Source: an uncultured Lachnospiraceae bacterium
Lineage (GTDB): Bacteria; Bacillota; Clostridia; Oscillospirales; CAG-272
DNA length: 64,000 bases
Direction: 5' to 3'
Assembly (NCBI GenBank): GCA_964582375.1
Contig: CAZORL010000004.1
Coordinates: forward strand, 18,357-82,356
Shown here: in pieces, positions 44,918 through 52,748 of the stretch
How positions within the stretch are numbered: position 1 is the stretch's first letter
Layout of the letters: every line of letters starts with the position of its first letter
Notes under the pieces: generated by a model
The model's input: the letters and a program-made list of their open reading frames with translations, nothing else
What the model was told of the DNA's origin: nothing
Databases searched by the model: none
Program-made: the position numbers and the translations under genes

Positions 44918-44985
44918 GAAACCGTAATAACATGCCGATCGGCAAATGACGGCGTTATGCCGTATTAAGAAAGGAAAACATAATT

Positions 44986-45273
44986 ATGACAAAGAATGAA
45001 ATCGCAAGAGTTGTAGCGGCAAAGACAGATCTCACCGTAAAGGATTCCGAAAAGGCTGTAAGCGCTCTTTTTGAGGCGATCGTTGAGACACTCGCAATAG
45101 GCGAAAAGGTGACCATCGCAGGATTCGGAACATTTGAGGTCCGCGAGCGTCCCGAGCACGAGGGCTTTAATCCGATCACCAAAGAAAAGATCACGATCAA
45201 GGCAAGCAAGACCCCCGCACTGAAACCTGCAAAAGCGTTCAAAGAAGCACTTTCGGATACCTCGGAGGACTGA
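44986..45273 (+). CDS. hup: DNA-binding protein HU
   Basis: MTKNEIARVVAAKTDLTVKDSEKAVSALFEAIVETLAIGEKVTIAGFGTFEVRERPEHEGFNP, plus a short acidic tail. Confidence 0.95.
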   Translation: MTKNEIARVVAAKTDLTVKDSEKAVSALFEAIVETLAIGEKVTIAGFGTFEVRERPEHEGFNPITKEKITIKASKTPALKPAKAFKEALSDTSED

Positions 45274-45319
45274 AAAAATCCCGTCTCGGAGACGGTAAAA
45301 ACCAAAGGAGTGGCGGCAG

Positions 45320-46351
45320 ATGATCAAGGTCGCAATGTTTGATACCAAACCATATGACAGAGAGTCATTCGAAAAATACGCCTCGATTGAGCTTTCGATA
45401 ACCTATTTTGATACAAGACTTACCTGCGAGACGGTCGAACTCGCACGCGGATTTGATGTGGTCGTTGTTTTTGTAAACGATGAGCTTACCGCCGAGGTGA
45501 TAGATAAGCTTTACTCGTTCGGTGTTAAACTGGCGGCACTTCGATGTGCGGGATTTAACAATGTCGATGTTAAGGCGGCATTCGGCAAACTGCATGTCGT
45601 ACGCGTGCCGTCATATTCTCCCGAGGCAGTTGCCGAACACACGATGGCACTTCTTTTGACCTCGGTCAGACGCATCCATAAGGCGTATAACCGTACTCGC
45701 GAATATAATTTCAGCATAAGCGGTCTGACCGGCTTCAATCTCTCGGGCAAGACGGTCGGTGTTGTCGGCGCGGGCAAGATAGGCAGAGCTTTTATAAAGA
45801 TCTGCAAAGGCTTCTCCATGAGAGTGCTTGCGTATGATAAATATCCCGACAGCTCGGTCGATGCCGAATTTGTCTCCCTTGAGCGGCTCTATCGCGAGAG
45901 CGATGTAATATCCCTCCACTGTCCGCTGACAGAGGAGAACTATCGCATGATCAATTCCGAAACCATCGGAATGATGAAAACGGGAGCGGTCATACTGAAC
46001 ACATCACGCGGCGGATTGATAAACGCCGACGATCTTGTTGAGGCGATAAAGTCAAAGAAGATCGGTGCGGCATGCCTTGATGTTTACGAAGAAGAGTCAG
46101 AGCTTTTTTTCTCGGACAAATCGGGGCATATCCTGCGTGACGATACTCTTGCAAGACTGCTTTCCATGCCGAATGTTATAGTGACATCGCATCAGGCTTT
46201 CTTGACCGAGGAGGCACTTGAGGCAATCGCTAAGACGACCTCCGAAAACATTGTAAAAACACTTGCGGACGGTTATTCCGAAAACGAGATATGCTATCGT
46301 TGCGAGCGACTCGGCGAGTGTAAGAAAGCAAGATCGGGCAAGTGCTTCTGA
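45320..46351 (+). CDS. ldhA: D-isomer-specific 2-hydroxyacid dehydrogenase (D-lactate dehydrogenase type)
   Basis: NAD site GVVGAGKIGRAF, catalytic region NTSRGGLI...VTSHQAF. The C-terminal Cys-rich tail is ICYRCERLGECKKARSGKCF. Confidence 0.85.
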   Translation: MIKVAMFDTKPYDRESFEKYASIELSITYFDTRLTCETVELARGFDVVVVFVNDELTAEVIDKLYSFGVKLAALRCAGFNNVDVKAAFGKLHVVRVPSYSPEAVAEHTMALLLTSVRRIHKAYNRTREYNFSISGLTGFNLSGKTVGVVGAGKIGRAFIKICKGFSMRVLAYDKYPDSSVDAEFVSLERLYRESDVISLHCPLTEENYRMINSETIGMMKTGAVILNTSRGGLINADDLVEAIKSKKIGAACLDVYEEESELFFSDKSGHILRDDTLARLLSMPNVIVTSHQAFLTEEALEAIAKTTSENIVKTLADGYSENEICYRCERLGECKKARSGKCF

Positions 46352-46365
46352 CACCTGCTTTTTTG

Positions 46366-46405
46366 ATCCGTGCATCCGCATATCGATCGGATGCACGGAT
46401 GTTTT
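46366..46405 (+). terminator. ldhA terminator
   Basis: 13-bp stem ATCCGTGCATCCG/CGGATGCACGGAT followed by GTTTT. Confidence 0.75.
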
Positions 46406-46449
46406 AATATCTAAGCGGAAATTGCGTCCTGTTTTTGCACAAAAAAATG

Positions 46450-46478
46450 TTGACTTTTTTGGAAAGATACTGTATAAT
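46450..46478 (+). promoter_or_regulatory. Promoter of the BNR lipoprotein array
   Basis: TTGACT, 17 nt, TATAAT. The leader to the ATG at 46580 is about 100 nt. Confidence 0.6.
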
Positions 46479-46579
46479 ATAATCGACTTGGATCACACAT
46501 GGCGAGTTTTGCCTCGAAAAATGGGTCAAATAAACCAAAATTAAATAATAATAAACCAATTTATGTCGGAGGAATTGAA

Positions 46580-48259
46580 ATGAAGAAAAGAAGGATCGGA
46601 CATCTCGGAGTGTTACTTGCCGTCGCTCTTTGCCTGTCCGCATTTGTCGGGTGCACGTCGGGCGGCAGCTCGACGACAACGGCACCGGACGAGGGCGTAA
46701 CAACGCCCAACAACGAGTATACCGGAAAACTTGACGGTTACACGGTCGTCTATCAAGGCTATGGTGCGGCATCGATGAAGGACGCGGCGATACAGCTTGC
46801 CAAAAAACTCGGACTTGAGTCAAAGGCGGATAAGGCGAGAGACGATACATATCCCGATAATGGCGGGCTTGAGATACTGATCGGCGAGACTGACAGAGAG
46901 CAGTCGAGGACGGCGCTTGAGGCTCTCAAAAAGTCCCCGTCGGCATCCAGAGAATTTTTCTATTCGATAAGCGTTGAGGATAACGCACGCGTGGTCGTTG
47001 TCGGCAACAAAGCTGATGCTGTTGCGCGTGCATTGGACAAATTATACAATGATTATATAATCATGACCGAGGAGGGGATTGCATTGAATATCGCAAACGG
47101 TGAAAGCGTATTCGGCGGTTACGATCATAAGCTGATCACCGCATCAAACGGCACAACATTTGATACCGAGCTTATTTCGACGGTATATGATCCTAAGACG
47201 AGCAACAGCAAGGGTACTCAGTATCCCAAAATTATCGAGCTTCAGCATAACGGCGAAAACAACGGTGTTTTGCTTGCATCGATGGAGAGCGATAATGTGG
47301 CCTTTAAGGTCTATCGATCGACCGACGGCGGCGAGACATGGAAATTTTATTCAAGAGCCGTAGAGTCGATGGATAAAGATCTCATAAGCCATTGGGAGCC
47401 TCATCTTTACGAGCTTCCCTGTCAGGTCGGCGATATGCCGAAGGGAACCATCCTTCTGTCGGGAACGACGATCAATAACGGACTCGGAAGATCGCACATC
47501 ACCGTTTGGCGCTCGTTTGACTGCGGCAGACGCTGGGAACAATACACCGAGGTGACGGTCGGCGGCGGAACATGCGACAGCGTGCCTGCGGAAAATACAT
47601 ATCACGGCGTGTGGGAGCCTTGCATTCTCTACGATAACGGATACCTTTACTGCTTCTATTCGGACGACTCAGATCCGCTCCACGATCAGAAATTGTCCTA
47701 TAAACGCTCGTCCGACGGTGTAAATTGGGAAGATCAGGTCGATGTCCTTTCGTTTGAGGAATATCATTGGCGTCCGGGCATGATCTCGGTCACAAAAATG
47801 GGCAACGGCAAATATTTTGCACCCTACGAAAAGGTCGACCATTGGGGCGGTGCTACCGATATCTACTTTAAGATCGTTGACAGCCTTGACGGCGATTGGA
47901 ATCCGACCGATGAGGGCACAAAGCTCGCCTCGGTGACGAAGGGCGGCTCGGATAAGGGTATCGGCTCGTCTCCTTGGTGTGCGTGGACTCCTGCAGGCGG
48001 CGATTGCGGAACGCTTTTTGTCACAGCAAATTGGGGCGGCGAAAAATATATATATGTAAGCTTTGATTACGGTAAGACGTTTGAAGGAATTGAAAATCCG
48101 CTCTCGACCCCTCAGACTACCGGTTATTCCCCCTCTTTCTTCTTCTCCGCCGACGGTACGACCCTTTTCTATGCTAACACGGTTGCCAAGGACGCGACAT
48201 CTCCCGCTTGCACTATACAGCTTGCTAAAATAAAGATCAGAGAAAAGACCGACAATTGA
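46580..48259 (+). CDS. Lipoprotein with BNR/Asp-box repeats (sialidase-fold beta-propeller), paralog 1
   Basis: Lipobox FVGC. Asp-box-like motifs YRSTDGGETW, WRSFDCGRRW, KRSSDGVNW, SFDYGKTF and FSADGTTLF. The N-terminal module of about 150 aa ends in EILIGETDRE. Confidence 0.75.
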   Translation: MKKRRIGHLGVLLAVALCLSAFVGCTSGGSSTTTAPDEGVTTPNNEYTGKLDGYTVVYQGYGAASMKDAAIQLAKKLGLESKADKARDDTYPDNGGLEILIGETDREQSRTALEALKKSPSASREFFYSISVEDNARVVVVGNKADAVARALDKLYNDYIIMTEEGIALNIANGESVFGGYDHKLITASNGTTFDTELISTVYDPKTSNSKGTQYPKIIELQHNGENNGVLLASMESDNVAFKVYRSTDGGETWKFYSRAVESMDKDLISHWEPHLYELPCQVGDMPKGTILLSGTTINNGLGRSHITVWRSFDCGRRWEQYTEVTVGGGTCDSVPAENTYHGVWEPCILYDNGYLYCFYSDDSDPLHDQKLSYKRSSDGVNWEDQVDVLSFEEYHWRPGMISVTKMGNGKYFAPYEKVDHWGGATDIYFKIVDSLDGDWNPTDEGTKLASVTKGGSDKGIGSSPWCAWTPAGGDCGTLFVTANWGGEKYIYVSFDYGKTFEGIENPLSTPQTTGYSPSFFFSADGTTLFYANTVAKDATSPACTIQLAKIKIREKTDN

Positions 48260-48283
48260 CGGGTCATATGGAGTACAGATAAT

Positions 48284-49972
48284 ATGAAAAGAACATTAAG
48301 ACTTATTGCATCAGTTCTTGCAACAGTTTTGCTGATCGTTTCTGTTATCGGGTGCACATCGGGTGACGGCTTGACGACAACGGCACCGGACGAGGGCGTA
48401 ACAACGCCCAACAACAAGTATACCGGAAAACTTGATGGTTACACGGTCGTCTATCAAGGTTACGGTGCGGCATCGATGAAGGATACGGCGATCAAATTCG
48501 CCAAAAAGCTCGGACTTGAGTCAAAGGCGGACAAGGCGAGAGGCGATACATACCCCGACGAGGGCGGGCTTGAGATACTGATCGGCGAGACCGACAGAGA
48601 GCAGTCGAGGACGGCACTTGAGGCTCTGTCCGCATCTCCGTCGGCATCCAGAGAGTTTTTCTATTCAATAAGCGTCGAGTCAAACGCGCGCGTGGTCGTT
48701 GTCGGCAATAAGGCTGATGCTGTTGCACGTGCGCTTGATGAACTGCTTGATAAGTACATACAAGTGACTGACTCTTCTTTGACGCTGACACTTGAAGAGG
48801 GTGAGAGCGTAACTTACGGTTACGATCGTAAGCTGATCACCGCATCAAACGGTACAACATTTGATACAGTGGTGGCATCAACTCTCTTTAAGCCAACTCT
48901 CAATCAAGCAACTTATAAGGCGTCGCAGTATCCAAAGGTCATTGAACTTCACCACAACGGCAGTCAAAACGGAATGCTCGTTGCAACTTTTGAGATCTTT
49001 TCAAGGACAAGATCCGGCTTTCCTGTTTATGTTTCAAAAGACGGCGGCGAGAGCTGGTTGAGCAGAACGCCCGCGCGTGAAACTATGGATAAATCGCTCA
49101 CGAGCCATTGGGAACCGCATCTTTTTGAGCTTCCGTGTCAGGTTGGTGACATGCCGGAGGGAACTCTTCTTCTGTCTGGTACGACCATAAGCGGTCAAAG
49201 ATCGCATATTACCGTTTGGCGCTCATTCGATTGCGGCAAGCGATGGGAACAATATACCGAAGTGACGGTCGGTGGTGGCACGGTAGACGGTACGCCGGAA
49301 GGTGACACATATCACGGCGTTTGGGAGCCATGCATTGTCTATGAGGACGGTTACCTCTATTGCTTCTATTCGGACGACTCGGATCCGCTCCACGACCAAA
49401 AGCTGTCCTACAAACGTTCTTCCGACGGCGTCAATTGGGAAGATCAAGTGGATGTTGTATCATTCGAGGAATTTCATTGGCGTCCGGGCATGATCTCGAT
49501 CACAAAGATGGGCAACGGCAAATATTTTGCTCCATACGAAATATGCAGTAACGAGGTTGGAGGTTGTGACGTTTATTTTAAGATAGTCGACGACCTTGAC
49601 AGCCTTGACAGCTGGAATCCTGCCGACCACGGAAAACAATTGAAATCGGTAACCCGGGGTGCACCTGATGTCATCGGCTCTGCCCCTTGGTCGGGATGGA
49701 CACCTGTCGGAGGGGAGTGCGGAACCCTGTTTGTTTCCGCAGTCGTCGGCGGAGCTGACCACCTCTATGTCAGCTTTGATTACGGAAAAACATTTGAAAC
49801 GATCGATAATCCGTTGCCAAGCAAAAGAGATGCAAGTTATTCGTCTTCATTCTTTTTCTCGTCAGATGGTGCAACATTGTTTTATGCCAATACCGTTGCC
49901 ATGAATGAAGAGTTCGGAATGATAGAATTTGCAAAGATAATCATAACGGAAGGCAAAAAGGAAAAAAGATGA
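48284..49972 (+). CDS. Lipoprotein with BNR/Asp-box repeats, paralog 2
   Basis: Lipobox VIGC. Architecture matches paralog 1, with long stretches identical to it. Confidence 0.75.
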   Translation: MKRTLRLIASVLATVLLIVSVIGCTSGDGLTTTAPDEGVTTPNNKYTGKLDGYTVVYQGYGAASMKDTAIKFAKKLGLESKADKARGDTYPDEGGLEILIGETDREQSRTALEALSASPSASREFFYSISVESNARVVVVGNKADAVARALDELLDKYIQVTDSSLTLTLEEGESVTYGYDRKLITASNGTTFDTVVASTLFKPTLNQATYKASQYPKVIELHHNGSQNGMLVATFEIFSRTRSGFPVYVSKDGGESWLSRTPARETMDKSLTSHWEPHLFELPCQVGDMPEGTLLLSGTTISGQRSHITVWRSFDCGKRWEQYTEVTVGGGTVDGTPEGDTYHGVWEPCIVYEDGYLYCFYSDDSDPLHDQKLSYKRSSDGVNWEDQVDVVSFEEFHWRPGMISITKMGNGKYFAPYEICSNEVGGCDVYFKIVDDLDSLDSWNPADHGKQLKSVTRGAPDVIGSAPWSGWTPVGGECGTLFVSAVVGGADHLYVSFDYGKTFETIDNPLPSKRDASYSSSFFFSSDGATLFYANTVAMNEEFGMIEFAKIIITEGKKEKR

Positions 49973-51606
49973 AAAAACAAAGTGCGAAAAGGGTGCTTTC
50001 ACTCATTCTTGCAGGCGTTGCGGCAATTTTGCTTGTCGGATGCAATAACGACACCCCGGCGACAACAACGCAGGGCAGCACATCGGACGGACCGATAGAT
50101 CTCACCGAATACACCGTTGTGTACGCCGCACAAGGCTCGTCGGGATACGCATCAAGTGCGAAAGAACTTGCGAAGTTTTTGGGCGTTGAGTCGCAAGCTG
50201 ACAAGACCACCGAGGGTGCGTATCCGGACAACGGCGGCAAGGAGATCGTCATCGGCAATACCAACAGAAAAGAAAGCGAAGACGCAAGAGCGACACTTAA
50301 AGAAAAATCGGACAAAAAACACGCTTACGGCATTGTCGTTACCGAAAATCGGGTGGCGATCGTCGGCACAAGCTCACAGGCGGTCATCGAAGCGATAAAC
50401 ATTGTCATGACCGATTGCACAAACGATAAACACCTTCCCATTCCGATCGGACAGTCGATATTCGGTGAGTTTGCGTCCGATCCCGTAAAGGTGTCAAGCA
50501 CTCTTACATTCATTCCGACAGCACTCTCAACGATAGCAGAAGCCCCGAAGAACAGCTGGGGCGGCGGTATCGGCACACCGTCGGTCATCGATCTTCAACA
50601 TAACGGCGAAAATAACGGTATGCTTATTGCCTCATATGCAGTCAGCGACAGCGGAAAGACAGGCAAACCCACAAGCCTCAGAACCGCAAGATCAAAGGAC
50701 GGCGGCAAGACATGGGAACTATCGGGAAGAGCATACGAAGAGGTCGATAAGTCGATCGAGGCGTCATGGAACCCCCATCTTTTCGAGCTTCCCTGCAAGG
50801 TGGGTGACATGCCCGAGGGAACACTTCTCTTGGCAGGCATCTCGATCGACGCAGGACAGAAAAAGAAGACTGCGGTCAATATCTGGCGAAGCTACGATCT
50901 CGGCGAGAGCTGGGAGCACTATCTCGTCCTTGACACAGGCGGTGTCGGTGACACCACCGGCGGACTTTACGAGCCGTATCTCATGTACGAAAATGAAAAA
51001 CTCTATTGTTTCTATTCGGATGAGACCGATAAGACAAACCATTCGCAAAAGCTTGTTTTCAAGACCTCCTCTGACGGCGTGAATTGGTCTGAAAAGAAGG
51101 AAATGGTCGCACTTGAAGATCAGACCGAGCGTCCGGGCATGGCTGTCATCGCTAAAATGGGCAACGGCAAGTACTTCGGCATATACGAGGTCTGCAGTGA
51201 TCTTCCCGATAAGGGCGCGACGCTCTATTATAAGATCACCGACGATCTTGATAATTGGGATCCCACCGATAAAGGCACACGCCTTACGGCAAAAGATGGC
51301 TCAACATTCGGCTCAGCCCCTTGGTGCGCATGGTCACCAGTCGGAGGCGATTGCGGAATGTTGATCATTTCATCGACCTACGGAACCGAAAAGAACGATC
51401 TCGTCGTCAGTCTTGACTTTGGAAAGACCTTTACGACGATCGCAAATCCGCTCCCTTATGAAGAAGGCGGATACTCGGCAAGTCTTTTCTTCTCGTCGGA
51501 CGGAAAGACGCTCTTCTATTCAAACACGGTTGAGCTTGAGGCAGGCTCAGATAAAGCAAAAGTCGATTTCGTCGCACTTAAACTCAGGTATATGCCAAAG
51601 AGCTGA
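49969..51606 (+). CDS. Lipoprotein with BNR/Asp-box repeats, paralog 3 (more divergent)
   Basis: Lipobox LVGC. ARSKDGGKTW, WRSYDLGESW, KTSSDGVNW, SLDFGKTF, FSSDGKTLF. The ATGA start overlaps the paralog 2 stop. Confidence 0.75.
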   Translation: MKKQSAKRVLSLILAGVAAILLVGCNNDTPATTTQGSTSDGPIDLTEYTVVYAAQGSSGYASSAKELAKFLGVESQADKTTEGAYPDNGGKEIVIGNTNRKESEDARATLKEKSDKKHAYGIVVTENRVAIVGTSSQAVIEAINIVMTDCTNDKHLPIPIGQSIFGEFASDPVKVSSTLTFIPTALSTIAEAPKNSWGGGIGTPSVIDLQHNGENNGMLIASYAVSDSGKTGKPTSLRTARSKDGGKTWELSGRAYEEVDKSIEASWNPHLFELPCKVGDMPEGTLLLAGISIDAGQKKKTAVNIWRSYDLGESWEHYLVLDTGGVGDTTGGLYEPYLMYENEKLYCFYSDETDKTNHSQKLVFKTSSDGVNWSEKKEMVALEDQTERPGMAVIAKMGNGKYFGIYEVCSDLPDKGATLYYKITDDLDNWDPTDKGTRLTAKDGSTFGSAPWCAWSPVGGDCGMLIISSTYGTEKNDLVVSLDFGKTFTTIANPLPYEEGGYSASLFFSSDGKTLFYSNTVELEAGSDKAKVDFVALKLRYMPKS

Positions 51607-51613
51607 TCTGTAT

Positions 51614-51668
51614 CGGCAGGTTGCACAAATAGCATCGATCGCTTTTGTGCAATCTGCCGAAATTTTAA
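51614..51668 (+). terminator. Terminator of the BNR array
   Basis: 16-bp stem CGGCAGGTTGCACAAA/TTTGTGCAATCTGCCG followed by AAATTTTAATTTT. Confidence 0.75.
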
Positions 51669-51696
51669 TTTTGTAGATAATATTTGTGCAAAGGTA

Positions 51697-51725
51697 TTGA
51701 AATTTCTTCATTTTTGGTGTAAAAT
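51697..51725 (+). promoter_or_regulatory. Promoter of the anchored surface protein gene
   Basis: TTGAAA, 17 nt, TAAAAT. Confidence 0.55.
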
Positions 51726-51806
51726 GAAAACTCAAAGGGTCGTTTCGCTTTCACGCTTGCGAAAACGATCGAAATCGAATTATTCAAGACAAAAGGAGAA
51801 AAAGCA

Positions 51807-52610
51807 ATGAAAAAAATATTTGCACTTATGCTTGCTCTGCTTATGCTCGTCATGGTTCCTCTGTCTGTCAGCGCAGACGGACTTCCCCTCGGCGACAATG
51901 TAGGCACATGGGAAACAGACGCAAACGGTCAGATTTGGTCTGACACGAAGGGCGTTGACGGAGATGTATACGTCCTCGGAAACTCTGACAACTTCACCGT
52001 ATCCACTCGCGTTAAGATCTGGGGCGATCAGGTTGGTATCATTATCTGCGGCAAGGACGTAAACGGTGACGGAAAGATCACCGACAGCGGCAAGGATGCC
52101 TACATCCTTCTTTGGATGGGCACAGATCAGGAGATCTCCGCATGGATCTACAAGGACGGCACTTATGTTTCCACAGCACTTGGAGCACTGCCGACAGGAT
52201 CTACCGCGGGTGTCGTTGACATTATGGTAAAATACAAGGACGGCGTTGCTGAAGTATTTGCGAAGCCTATGGCATATGAGGATATCGATGCACACGGACA
52301 TGATGAGGTCGTAAGAGACGATCTTGCACCCATCGGCAAGTTCAACATTCCCGAGGATGCTCGCTTTGGAAGTGTTGTCGCTCTTTGGGTAAAGACTCCC
52401 GGTGCTCAATGGGCATGGTTCAGCCATCCCGAGTTCACCGACACAACTCCTGCAGCACCCGCAGATCCCACAGATCCTGCAGATCCGGTCGATCCGGTCG
52501 ATCCTGTTGCTCCTAAGACAGGTGACGCAACAGCTGTAGGTCTGTTCTGCTCGGCTCTTTGCCTTGCGGCAGTTTCGGTAGTTGTTTCGAAGAAGAGACA
52601 TCAAGATTGA
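51807..52610 (+). CDS. Secreted protein with sortase-type C-terminal sorting signal (APKTG), lectin/beta-sandwich-like body
   Basis: Signal peptide MKKIFALMLALLMLVMVPLSVSA. An (A/T/V)DP linker. The C-terminus is VAPKTGDATAVGLFCSALCLAAVSVVVSKKRHQD, an LPXTG-like motif followed by a hydrophobic segment and a basic tail. Confidence 0.7.
   Translation: MKKIFALMLALLMLVMVPLSVSADGLPLGDNVGTWETDANGQIWSDTKGVDGDVYVLGNSDNFTVSTRVKIWGDQVGIIICGKDVNGDGKITDSGKDAYILLWMGTDQEISAWIYKDGTYVSTALGALPTGSTAGVVDIMVKYKDGVAEVFAKPMAYEDIDAHGHDEVVRDDLAPIGKFNIPEDARFGSVVALWVKTPGAQWAWFSHPEFTDTTPAAPADPTDPADPVDPVDPVAPKTGDATAVGLFCSALCLAAVSVVVSKKRHQD
52461..52505 (+). repeat. 9-nt tandem repeat x5, in frame, encoding the ADP/TDP/VDP linker
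   Basis: GCAGATCCC ACAGATCCT GCAGATCCG GTCGATCCG GTCGATCCT. Confidence 0.85.
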
Positions 52611-52644
52611 TCAAAGACCGCCTTTAGCGTGAATGGCGGAAAGG

Positions 52645-52677
52645 GCAGACCGAACACATCGGTCTGCTCTCTTTTTG
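52645..52677 (+). terminator. Terminator of the anchored-protein gene
   Basis: Stem GCAGACCG/CGGTCTGC followed by TCTCTTTTTG. Confidence 0.7.
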
Positions 52678-52687
52678 CCAAAAACTA

Positions 52688-52716
52688 TTGAAAAAGCGAA
52701 GAAAATGTGATATAAT
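52688..52716 (+). promoter_or_regulatory. Promoter of the RACo-like gene
   Basis: TTGAAA, 17 nt, TATAAT, with TGA directly upstream (extended -10). Confidence 0.6.
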
Positions 52717-52748
52717 CGCCATATACAATAAAAAGGAGGCGCACTCGA

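Noticed and set aside
44955-45348. Two overlapping minus-strand ORFs (116 and 127 aa) across hup.
   Set aside because: They are antisense to an unmistakable HU gene with its own promoter and RBS, and they show no signals of their own.
52461-52505. Short direct repeats here and at 56314-56388 considered as a CRISPR or other array.
   Set aside because: The units are 9 and 15 nt, contiguous with no spacers, in frame, and encode Pro/Asp/Thr linkers inside well-supported genes. No CRISPR-like repeat-spacer structure exists anywhere in the window.
51780-52604. A 274-aa antisense ORF opposite the sortase-substrate gene.
   Set aside because: It is codon-aligned with the sense frame and has an implausible Cys/Arg-rich sequence. 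The sense strand has a signal peptide, an RBS, a promoter and a terminator.
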